64,000 nt of DNA from an uncultured archaeon (GTDB lineage Archaea; Asgardarchaeota; Lokiarchaeia; Sigyniarchaeales; SOKP01): the NCBI GenBank assembly GCA_964583985.1, contig CAZOYD010000011.1, positions 1-64,000 of the forward strand, given 5' to 3'. A model generated the notes under the pieces. That model did not search any database and was not told where the DNA came from. It saw nothing but the letters and a program-made list of their open reading frames with translations. How positions within the stretch are numbered: position 1 is the first letter of the stretch; every line of letters starts with the position of its first letter. Below, piece by piece: positions 51,225 through 60,164 of the stretch. The translations under genes were made by a program, and so were the position numbers.

Positions 51225-52133
51225 ATGAACGGGATTATATTTGATGTTCAAAATTATGCTATTTATGACGGTCCTGGTATTAGAACAATTATTTTCTTGA
51301 AAGGGTGCCCTCTTAGTTGTCGGTGGTGCCAGAATCCTGAATCTCAAGAATTAAACCCTCAAATGTCTTATTTCGAAGAAAAATGTGTGGGTTGTGGCAA
51401 ATGTGTCGCCGCTTGTCCGAGTAATGCTTTAACCCTAATAAATGGAAAAATAAAAAGAAATTCTAATTTGTGTACTACTTGTGCAATCTGTGTAAGGGCC
51501 TGTCCTAATGGTGTCATGGAAAAAATCGGAGCAGAACGAGAAGTGGATGAACTAGTAGAGATTATATTAAGAGATAAGCCTTTTTATGATAATTCTGGCG
51601 GGGGAGTGACCATTTCAGGAGGGGAGCCTACCATGCAAATTAATTTTCTTCTAGAACTGCTCAAGGCATTAAAACTACAAGGAATTCATACTGCAATAGA
51701 AACATGTGGATATTTTAATGAAAATTTAATTAGTGATTTAGTTAAATACGTGGATTTATTTCTATTTGATATTAAATTGATTGATACTAAAAAACATGAG
51801 CAATTTACTAACGTGAATAATGAAAAAATTCTAGCAAATTTCTCTAAAATCTTCTTTAAAGTTGGGAATGAGAGAATAATACCTCGAATACCTTTAATAC
51901 CGGGAGTTAATACAGATTTACATACGATTCAACAAATAATTAATTTTTTACACGAGATTGATTATAATGGTATAATTCATTTAATGCCATATAATAAATT
52001 AACAAAAACAAAATATGAAAAAATTGGAATGGAAGACTTGCATAAGGATTTTGGAGAATTGACTGATGGAACTCTTGAGGAAATAACACGGTTATTTCAA
52101 CAGCATTCCCATGAAGTTATTATCAATCATTAA
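51225..52133 (+). CDS. Glycyl-radical enzyme activating enzyme with ferredoxin insert
   Basis: DGPGIRT.IFLKGCPLSCRWCQNPE, two CxxCxxCxxxCP motifs, SGGEP, ETCG. Confidence 0.93.
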   Translation: MNGIIFDVQNYAIYDGPGIRTIIFLKGCPLSCRWCQNPESQELNPQMSYFEEKCVGCGKCVAACPSNALTLINGKIKRNSNLCTTCAICVRACPNGVMEKIGAEREVDELVEIILRDKPFYDNSGGGVTISGGEPTMQINFLLELLKALKLQGIHTAIETCGYFNENLISDLVKYVDLFLFDIKLIDTKKHEQFTNVNNEKILANFSKIFFKVGNERIIPRIPLIPGVNTDLHTIQQIINFLHEIDYNGIIHLMPYNKLTKTKYEKIGMEDLHKDFGELTDGTLEEITRLFQQHSHEVIINH

Positions 52134-52293
52134 ATGTGTCATTAATTGATTTTCATTGGAAAAAGAATTTCACAAATCTTTGAAGAATTATGATAATACT
52201 AAATTGTCATAAAACGTTGAGTAGTTAAAAAGATCAATAATAAATATTATTAAAATCCGTTAATTTATAGTTATAGAAACCTTCGTCAAAACC

Positions 52294-53496
52294 ATGAAAA
52301 TCGAGCTAAAAGATTTAAATAATGGTTCCGTGTATATTGGAGATAAATTAAATGTTAGTTCTAAGTTCATCTTTGAAGAAGATTCTTCTATTATGTGGAG
52401 TGGGCTTCAACTAATAACTAGTCCTCCGTGTTTAAAAGAATTACAGATTGCTAAAGCTGAGATTTTTTCCAAGGGAAATTTTGAATCAGGAGAATATATT
52501 CGGAATAGAACAATGCTCATTAAAAACAATGTGGTCCCGACCATAAAGAATCGCAAATTGGAATACCAGATCAAGCTTATCATGAGGCAACCTCATCCCA
52601 TAAATCCAGATGAGGACATTTTCATTAATCGAACTCAAAAAATAGAAATAAAATCAAAAAATCAAGGTATACAAACTAAAAAGTCGAATCCAATATCGTT
52701 TTCTTTGTCTGGATTAACCATTAACCTGTCAAAAGATGTTTTTAAACCAGGAGAAACAATCAAAATCAATTTTTCCGGAGAAGATCTTAAAGAAATAGAA
52801 ATACGACTCTTACAAGAAGCAAACTTGATATGTTATTGCGATAGCTACGGTCAAACTTGTAGAAAAGTAGAAAAGCTTCCGCCTGCCATTGCGGGAGATG
52901 CAAAAACAGCGAACATAGAAAAAGGGTTTTTATTCTTGAAAATTCCTGAGATCGCGGAATCCTCACATAATTACGTATGGGAAGCCCAAGAAAAGGAACA
53001 ATGGGGATTTAAGTATGGAGATTATACCCGTTGGTCATTAAAAGTAATTGGTAAATCCTTGGTGAGTCGTGATAAAATGAAATTTAATATCCCAATTACC
53101 ATAGTATCGAAACACGTTGATGAAGCTAAGATCGGTGTTGATCTTTTTGCTGGGCAAAGTTCAGGAGCACCCACCTTATTTGAAGGTCTCTCATCAAAAC
53201 TTCAAAAAGTATTTAAGATTGTATCAATCGATTCAGACATTGATAAATATACAGTAAAAATCAAAAATATATCAAAAGATAAACTCAATGGTGTAACAGT
53301 TAAACTCTCAGGATTACTTGAAGGCTTATTTGAAACTCCCCCGACAATAGAAGGGTTTAATAAGTGGAATCCAGGAGAAGAAAAAGAAGTGTCATACGAA
53401 ACAAAACAAAATGTCTCTAGTCTTGTCACGATTTTAGAAGATAATCAACAGAAAAATATTAGGCTCCAGACGTCTGTTTCTGCCGATTTTTTCTGA
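52294..53496 (+). CDS. Putative arrestin/VPS26-fold protein with an extra C-terminal beta domain
   Basis: GEY.....I...VVPT......YQIK (arrestin-N-like) and INLSKDVFKPGETIKINF (arrestin-C-like) patterns. Confidence 0.55.
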   Translation: MKIELKDLNNGSVYIGDKLNVSSKFIFEEDSSIMWSGLQLITSPPCLKELQIAKAEIFSKGNFESGEYIRNRTMLIKNNVVPTIKNRKLEYQIKLIMRQPHPINPDEDIFINRTQKIEIKSKNQGIQTKKSNPISFSLSGLTINLSKDVFKPGETIKINFSGEDLKEIEIRLLQEANLICYCDSYGQTCRKVEKLPPAIAGDAKTANIEKGFLFLKIPEIAESSHNYVWEAQEKEQWGFKYGDYTRWSLKVIGKSLVSRDKMKFNIPITIVSKHVDEAKIGVDLFAGQSSGAPTLFEGLSSKLQKVFKIVSIDSDIDKYTVKIKNISKDKLNGVTVKLSGLLEGLFETPPTIEGFNKWNPGEEKEVSYETKQNVSSLVTILEDNQQKNIRLQTSVSADFF

Positions 53497-53523
53497 TTTC
53501 CTTCGCAGATCTTTAAAGTAATA

Positions 53524-54141
53524 TTACTTCATTTTCATTTCTGGAAAGACTTCTGGAAACATTTCGGAATTTTTCCACATATTTAGGAAAATTAATCTTA
53601 AGATATCTTCAAAGCTACTCAATATATTCTCTCCATTAACCGCAATGGTGTGTTTTATCTCCTTATTTTTATAAGATTTGTAATGGATTTTCTTTAGGAA
53701 AACCTCAGTTCTGAATTTGTTTGCTAAATCTTGCTTATTAAACGCAATCACCAAGGGGAGATTTTCAAAATTTTCGTTAAAATATCTTTTTAACTCATTC
53801 CAAGAAACTACGTTCCGATCAAAAGCTGAAGCTTGAGAATCTGCAACAAAAATAATACCATCTACACCTTTCAAAGTTATGGGACGCGTCACAATATAGA
53901 AGTCTTGACCAGTACACGAATACAAATTAAGTTTAAGCAACCATTCTTCGTTCTGGAAAGAAATTATCCCATAATCAAAAAACAAAGTCCTCCGTACAGT
54001 ACTTTCTATACTGCATAACTCTTCCTTTTTTCCAAAGTGGTTAAATAAGTTCTTGATTGATGTCGTCTTGCCAGATAAAGCAGGACCATAGTATACAATC
54101 TTGAGTTGAATTGTCTTCTCTAATGCGTCTATTATTATAAT
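53524..54141 (-). CDS. MglA-like small GTPase; non-canonical (ATT/ATA) start
   Basis: Upstream in-frame IQLKIVYYGPALSGKTT and RTLFFDY, then YSCTGQ, GVDGIIFVADS, NKQDL, A..G. Confidence 0.87.
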   Translation of the reverse strand: MIIIDALEKTIQLKIVYYGPALSGKTTSIKNLFNHFGKKEELCSIESTVRRTLFFDYGIISFQNEEWLLKLNLYSCTGQDFYIVTRPITLKGVDGIIFVADSQASAFDRNVVSWNELKRYFNENFENLPLVIAFNKQDLANKFRTEVFLKKIHYKSYKNKEIKHTIAVNGENILSSFEDILRLIFLNMWKNSEMFPEVFPEMKMK

Positions 54142-54230
54142 TGTATCACTTTATAGCTTATTTTTAATACTTCTAAAAATAAGTTTAAAAAATCCGAGGT
54201 TTTTGATAATCGTCTTTTAGCAAACAGATT

Positions 54231-54614
54231 TTATAATTTGAGCATGTTTCCTTTAAATTCGATGGAAATGATCCCTCTTAAAACCAAGATCTCCAGCTCT
54301 CTTCTCAAGATTGGTTCTTCTAATGAAAGTTTATCCTCATGTTTCAACCGTTCGTTAAATTCTGCCACTGAAATCATCTTAGTATCTTCATTAATCGAAT
54401 TTATTCTTTTTAAGATGATTTGTTGATTATATAATGAACGTGTATTAGAATCAAGTTGATATAATTTGTGCGTTAAATTATAATCAAAATCCGAGGTCTT
54501 ATCGAGTTCTTTGAGATCATGAAGAATTTGGAGCGCTTCCTTATACTTTTCCTTCGCCATTAAATCTTGAACTTCATTCAATCTATCAGCAAATTCATTT
54601 GGTTTCATATGCAT
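54231..54614 (-). CDS. Hypothetical protein (helical N-terminus, winged-helix-like C-terminus)
   Basis: 127-aa ORF; LRRELEILVLRGII resembles a wHTH recognition helix. Confidence 0.65.
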   Translation of the reverse strand: MHMKPNEFADRLNEVQDLMAKEKYKEALQILHDLKELDKTSDFDYNLTHKLYQLDSNTRSLYNQQIILKRINSINEDTKMISVAEFNERLKHEDKLSLEEPILRRELEILVLRGIISIEFKGNMLKL

Positions 54615-54834
54615 TATTCTTTTCTTATTATGTTAATAATGAGTTTTAGATGGAAAAAATACTTTTTCATTCGATATGAATGAAAGAGCACTCATGATTA
54701 ATAACAAGCGTGTTATATTTCATAAGAAATTATAATGATTTTATAGCATTCCTCCATTTTTTATTAAGAAACGCTTTATATAGGAACTCTTACTTATTAT
54801 TATAGGAAATTATTAAAAATTCACGTGATGTAAA

Positions 54835-55065
54835 ATGGACAAAGAAAAAGTTAAACAAGTAATTGATAAAATTCGACCTCAGCTTCAAGCTGATGGGGGA
54901 GATATCGACTTAATCGAAATAACTGACGATGGAGTTGTGAAAGTACGCTTACTCGGGCACTGTGCGGGATGCATGCATGCCCAACAAACTCTAACATTCG
55001 GTGTTGAACGAACCATCAAGCAGTTTGTTCCCGATATCGTTCGAGTAGAGAACGTTCCTTATTAG
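54835..55065 (+). CDS. NifU/Nfu-domain Fe-S carrier
   Basis: IRPQLQADGGDI...LLGHCAGC. Confidence 0.92.
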   Translation: MDKEKVKQVIDKIRPQLQADGGDIDLIEITDDGVVKVRLLGHCAGCMHAQQTLTFGVERTIKQFVPDIVRVENVPY

Positions 55066-55250
55066 ATATAACCCTATCATTTTTTATTATTCTTTTTTTA
55101 GTATATAATATTCAAATTTTACTATGTATTGGTTTAAAAAACAAGTAATATCCATCATATCGCTTTTTATAAAATAATTTCAGATTTAATCAAAAAGTTA
55201 ATTATGTTTGCATAATTATTCACCATATTCTATTAATTTAATGAGAAATT

Positions 55251-56510
55251 ATGACTGAACAAGAAAATAAACCGAATGCGGATGCTGATTCTTCTGGAAA
55301 TCAAGAAAGAGAGTCGAGACGATCACGAAGACCAGCAAGAAAAACACAAGCGCAACTAATCCAAGAAGCATTAGGCATGAAACAAGTAGATATCGTTGAT
55401 ATTGAAGAGAAATTATTCATTGCTCGCTTTTTAGACTATTTTTCTGAAGAAACACTCGATTTCATTTTCAAGGATAAACAAATAAACAAGTACCTCGAGA
55501 AACTTTCTTTGAAAATCGAGAATTTAGGCATTAATGAAGATGATAAGTTATTAAAAATGAAATTCGAGGAAAGAGAAATAGATAACTTGGTACGCCAAGT
55601 AAAAGCACGAGCAGAAGAAACGGCGACCGAAAAGGGATTTAACACCTCTGCTGATAAGCGACTTCGCAAATTGAGTATGCTAATCACGATTCCTTTATTA
55701 GTTGTCATAACAATCTTAGCATTTTTACCCGCCATTGAATATACATTCATGTTTCCTATCTTATGCGTATTTTGCATGCTTCCACAATTTTTAAAAGGAT
55801 CAGTACTGAGAAAATGGAATAAATTTAAAGAGGAAAACCGTGATGATATCTATACAGAAAATCGTGATGATATCGCCGTTTTGAAAAGTTATGTTCAAGA
55901 AGTTCTTAACAATATAAGAGATAAACTTTTAGAATTAAAAGTTCCATTACAGTTGATTAAATTTGTACTCCATAGCGCTGATTATGAAAATTTAGATTTA
56001 ATCAACCAAAAAGCGTTTAAAGGATTAACGCAATACTACTATACCTTTGCCTATCCTCCAGGGATGGAACCAATACCAATTCCTGAACATTTACAGCAAC
56101 TCAATCAGCCAGTATCGCCTTTACTTAAAAAACCCGAAGAAGCTGAACAAAATTTCATAGTATTAACTGATATGAAAGCAAAACAAGGGGTAATCGAAGA
56201 ATTTACTCCGCGATTGAGTAAAAAGGTCGCAGATCAAATTAATAAAATGTTAAATGAATCTGATTTTGTGAGTGCACCAATAGATTTCACAAAAATCATC
56301 CCAACTTATGGAAAAGCCCTGAATGTTTATTGTGAATGCGGAGAAGCCGTTGAAATCATAAACGTGCAAATTTGCACTTGGAAGAAGGAATTTCAGTATT
56401 ATCTTTTTGAAAGTGCTCGATGTAATTGTGGGGAGAAAGTATACATTCTCTCAGTAATTGACGATACAGATACAGTTCCTGAAGAATTAAGAGCTATTTT
56501 TTCAAGCTAA
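55251..56510 (+). CDS. Hypothetical membrane protein with C-terminal CxCG...CxCG motif
   Basis: Two TM helices near residues 140-180; YCECGE and RCNCGE. Confidence 0.75.
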   Translation: MTEQENKPNADADSSGNQERESRRSRRPARKTQAQLIQEALGMKQVDIVDIEEKLFIARFLDYFSEETLDFIFKDKQINKYLEKLSLKIENLGINEDDKLLKMKFEEREIDNLVRQVKARAEETATEKGFNTSADKRLRKLSMLITIPLLVVITILAFLPAIEYTFMFPILCVFCMLPQFLKGSVLRKWNKFKEENRDDIYTENRDDIAVLKSYVQEVLNNIRDKLLELKVPLQLIKFVLHSADYENLDLINQKAFKGLTQYYYTFAYPPGMEPIPIPEHLQQLNQPVSPLLKKPEEAEQNFIVLTDMKAKQGVIEEFTPRLSKKVADQINKMLNESDFVSAPIDFTKIIPTYGKALNVYCECGEAVEIINVQICTWKKEFQYYLFESARCNCGEKVYILSVIDDTDTVPEELRAIFSS

Positions 56511-56578
56511 TTTCCTTTCTTTTTTCTTATTTATACAATCTCATTAACCATGTTCTGATTTCAAGATGAGCTATCTTA

Positions 56579-57928
56579 TTATTTGCCTTTAATTTTAGAA
56601 TACCAATCAAATAAAAGCTTGTAACCACGAACAGCCCTTTCTACTTCATTTTCAAAAACGGGAATCTTGAGTTCTGAGGCCGTTTTTATAACCCTTTTTG
56701 ATCCATCACGTTCAGCTTGAATTAAAACCGTTATTATCGGTTTATTTGGATAAGATTCCTTTATATTTTCAAAGATATTAAAATCAAATTCAATCTCTAC
56801 AAAGAATTCTAAGGCTAAAATCAATCCATCAACGGAATCATCTTGTAGGAGAGCATGTGATGATGTATTATAGATGCCACATATTTTGGTGCCAACAAAT
56901 CGATCTGGAGGCCAATAATCAACAGGGTTTCCCAAATTGCATGTAGATCCTCCAACTTTATCCAAAATGATTTGTTTGTTTTCATTAGTCAATTTTGCTA
57001 TTGATAATCCTTGCTTGCGCATTTCTTTAATTATAATATAAATCGCGCCAGAACTGGGTCCGATGATTCCTAAATTAGGTCCTCTTGGTTCAGGGCACCA
57101 TAAAAAAATTTTCGCAAATTCAAATAATTCCATGTAATTTTGTACCACCATTCCCCCAGCATCATTTAATTGCTTCTCTCTTGAGAGATCCTTACCCACG
57201 TAGAAAAATAACACGGGTTTAATTGGAGAAATTTGTTTAACAGCTTCAATTATTCTATCGGTAATCTCTCTGAGAAAGAGCAAGATAATTTGAGTAGATT
57301 CATCTTGTTTAAAGTACTCCAAGACATCCGCATCGTTGATATTGAATCCATACCCTAAATGAATTACTTTAGATATAGGTATGTCTTGAGAAGGCGCCCA
57401 CCAGCCCATTGCACCAGCTAATCCTCCAGATTGAGCAATAAAACTAACTCCAGCCTTAATTTTTCTATGCTTCTGCATCAAATATTGCCGTACGGGTATG
57501 ATCGACGTGGTAAAGTTATTTATGAAATTAATAATACCAATCATCGAAGGTCCCATATAAGCTACATTATATTCCAAACTTATCTTGTTTAATCGTGCTA
57601 TAAGATCTGCATCTTCGGTATCTACACGCAATTCCGATTCGATGGCTATATTTTTCACCCCAAATTTGGCTAATTTTTCAAAAAGAGACGCAACATTTTT
57701 GCTCAAGACAATAACGGCGAGTTCGGGTACTTCCGGTAATTCCTCGAGCGAATGGTACGATTTAACACCTAAAATCTCATCAGCATTTGGATTCAGTACA
57801 AATATTTTCCCCTTATAAATTACCTCTAATAAATTTTTTAGAATTGTATATGAAAAGGTATACGTCTTCCGTGATACTCCTATGATTAGAATGCTTTTGG
57901 GATGAAAAAAGGGATCCAAATTTTTCAA
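56579..57928 (-). CDS. ADP-forming acyl-CoA synthetase alpha-like protein lacking the phospho-His loop
   Basis: FFHPKSILIIGVS, GPSMIG, AQSGG, GPSSG, NPVD present; no SHTG segment. Confidence 0.8.
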   Translation of the reverse strand: MKNLDPFFHPKSILIIGVSRKTYTFSYTILKNLLEVIYKGKIFVLNPNADEILGVKSYHSLEELPEVPELAVIVLSKNVASLFEKLAKFGVKNIAIESELRVDTEDADLIARLNKISLEYNVAYMGPSMIGIINFINNFTTSIIPVRQYLMQKHRKIKAGVSFIAQSGGLAGAMGWWAPSQDIPISKVIHLGYGFNINDADVLEYFKQDESTQIILLFLREITDRIIEAVKQISPIKPVLFFYVGKDLSREKQLNDAGGMVVQNYMELFEFAKIFLWCPEPRGPNLGIIGPSSGAIYIIIKEMRKQGLSIAKLTNENKQIILDKVGGSTCNLGNPVDYWPPDRFVGTKICGIYNTSSHALLQDDSVDGLILALEFFVEIEFDFNIFENIKESYPNKPIITVLIQAERDGSKRVIKTASELKIPVFENEVERAVRGYKLLFDWYSKIKGK

Positions 57929-58079
57929 TTTATACTCTCTAATTGCATTTTTTAAGTTATATTAATAAGAAATTGCTAAGATAAAAATTATGAGGGTAAT
58001 TTACATACCATTTAAAATGAGAGTTGAGTTACCTAAGAATTTAATTTATTCCGATAAATTCAGAATCTTTTCTTGAGAA

Positions 58080-58706
58080 CTATACCGTGACTACTTCATA
58101 GATTGGGATCTCCTTCCGTTTAGCGGCATCGTACAGCGGAAGCCCCGTTCGCTTTAAAATCTCTTCAGTTTTATATTTCAATACCACCACTTGACCGCTG
58201 CAAGAAATCTTCATACTGGCGACTCTTAATCTATCTCGCACGACCTCCAAGTTTTTTAAATGCGTTCCAACATCTACAATGATGGATCCCGCTCGAACTC
58301 GAGCGCACATTCCCGTGGAACGGCCAAAACTATTACGCATACCTGATTGCACACGATCTGCGCCTGCAAATGCCAACATTCGATTTTCTCGATATTTTTG
58401 GAACGGTTTGGAGCGAACTCTCATGCGATAATTAGTTCGTCCTAATATTTTCTGCAATGGTGAATTTACAGTAATTCTTATCGCTTCCAGTGCATTAGAT
58501 GATACTTGAATCTGTTTGGCCACCCTCAGTCCTAATACAATTTCCCAATCATCCCAATCAACTTCCATATTTCCCCCCCAATAACGTGTAATTTTTGATT
58601 GAGCGCCTCCTCTTGCATATTCTCTTCGATGGTTAGCACTACGTTTATGTTGATAAGGACGCCTATTCCATTTACTATAACAGTGCCATGGTCTTTTATG
58701 AGCCAT
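58080..58706 (-). CDS. rpl10e: 50S ribosomal protein uL16 (L10e)
   Basis: MAHKRPWHCY, ALEAIRI, RENRML..AGADR.QSGMR.SFG. Confidence 0.93.
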   Translation of the reverse strand: MAHKRPWHCYSKWNRRPYQHKRSANHRREYARGGAQSKITRYWGGNMEVDWDDWEIVLGLRVAKQIQVSSNALEAIRITVNSPLQKILGRTNYRMRVRSKPFQKYRENRMLAFAGADRVQSGMRNSFGRSTGMCARVRAGSIIVDVGTHLKNLEVVRDRLRVASMKISCSGQVVVLKYKTEEILKRTGLPLYDAAKRKEIPIYEVVTV

Positions 58707-59016
58707 TCCAATTCACCAATTTATATAAAAATCTATGTTGTATCTATAAAAATAATATTGATAATTAGATGGTAAAGTATATTATTTTTAATAAACTTTA
58801 TCCTAAAGCATAAAGAAGGGGTTATAAATTAGCAAAAGCAAAGAAACACCTATGAAAATATTTACAATAATATTTAACATTAGGATTATATAAAATTAGA
58901 AGTTTTCAATAATTAGTTTATTTAAAATAAAAAGTAGAAATTTAAGAGAATCAATTCTTTATAGCAATAGAATAAGTAGAATATATTGAGAGGAATCGAT
59001 TTTTCACTTCATTGAT

Positions 59017-60153
59017 ATGGTAAAAATTAATACAATTTTTGAAAAGAAGACTGAACTTTTATGCAACGGACTATTTCTTAGTGAGAAATTAGTGGACCAT
59101 TATCTCAAACAAGGAATAGAAATTGATTTTGGAAGGAAAGGCGGGGCAGGTCCAAGCGGAGGGAGATATTTCTTATTTGAAGATAATACTTTGGTCAATG
59201 TTGCACTATGGGATGATAACAAGCGAACTCCGTTAGTCTTAGGGGAAAAAAAAGGTGAGAATTTTCAAATTATTAATAATCAAAATAAAGAGGTATTTGC
59301 AGATTTAAGGTTAGTTGCTAATCCGAAATATTATAGCCCTTCATGTGTGACCTCAGATGGGATCCCCATGAAAAAAATTGCCTTAGTACACGGAATTGAC
59401 TGCCTTTCAAGTACCATTTATCAAAAATGCGTGTATTGGGCATGCCAAGAAGCGTGCATGTTCTGTGGGTTAGAATTAAGCTTGCAAAATGATTCTACAA
59501 TACTTGAAAAAACTGCGAAACAAATGAATGAAGTTATTACTGTTGCTAAGAAAGAAAATCGCTGTTCTCACATGACATTAACGAGCGGTACTGATTTCAC
59601 GCCTGATAAAGGGGTTAATAGATATGCTGAGATGTTACGAGGAATTAAAAAGGAAAATCCTGATTTACCACTCCACGTTCAAATTGAACCATTAGAAGAT
59701 TTAACTAAAATCGACCAACTAAAGGATGCGGGTGCAGATACGATTGGAATCCATATTGAAATCCTCGACGAAAATCTTCGAAGGAAAATTACTCCCGGAA
59801 AAGCCCACATTCCTTATCGATCCTTTGAAAAAAATTGGGCACGTGCGATAGATGTTTTTGGAAAGAATCAAGTGGAATCTTTTATTCTAACTGGATTGGG
59901 TGAATCCAAAGAAGAATTAATTAAGGATATTGAAAAGATTATTTCAATTGGCGTGATCCCCTTCATAACACCGGTGAGGTCTATTCCAGGAAAAACCAAT
60001 TTTCCTAAGATGAAAGTGGCAACCCTGATCCAGATCTATAGAGAAACTGCGAAAATGATGAAAGCAATGGGAGTAAATCCCTTAGAACACAAAGCAGGAT
60101 GCGTTAAATGTGGCGGATGTTCCGCTATTAATGAAGCTTATAAAACGATGTGA
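59017..60153 (+). CDS. Radical SAM protein, MSMEG_0568-like family
   Basis: RKGGAGPS, IALVHG.D.LSST..Q.C, Cx8CxxC, LTSGT, G.HIE, C-terminal KAGCVKCGGCS. Confidence 0.8.
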   Translation: MVKINTIFEKKTELLCNGLFLSEKLVDHYLKQGIEIDFGRKGGAGPSGGRYFLFEDNTLVNVALWDDNKRTPLVLGEKKGENFQIINNQNKEVFADLRLVANPKYYSPSCVTSDGIPMKKIALVHGIDCLSSTIYQKCVYWACQEACMFCGLELSLQNDSTILEKTAKQMNEVITVAKKENRCSHMTLTSGTDFTPDKGVNRYAEMLRGIKKENPDLPLHVQIEPLEDLTKIDQLKDAGADTIGIHIEILDENLRRKITPGKAHIPYRSFEKNWARAIDVFGKNQVESFILTGLGESKEELIKDIEKIISIGVIPFITPVRSIPGKTNFPKMKVATLIQIYRETAKMMKAMGVNPLEHKAGCVKCGGCSAINEAYKTM

Positions 60154-60164
60154 GATCAGATAAC

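Noticed and set aside
59017-60153. Canonical anaerobic sulfatase maturase (anSME)
   Set aside because: No CxxxCxxC spacing and no SPASM Cys array; motifs fit a different radical SAM family
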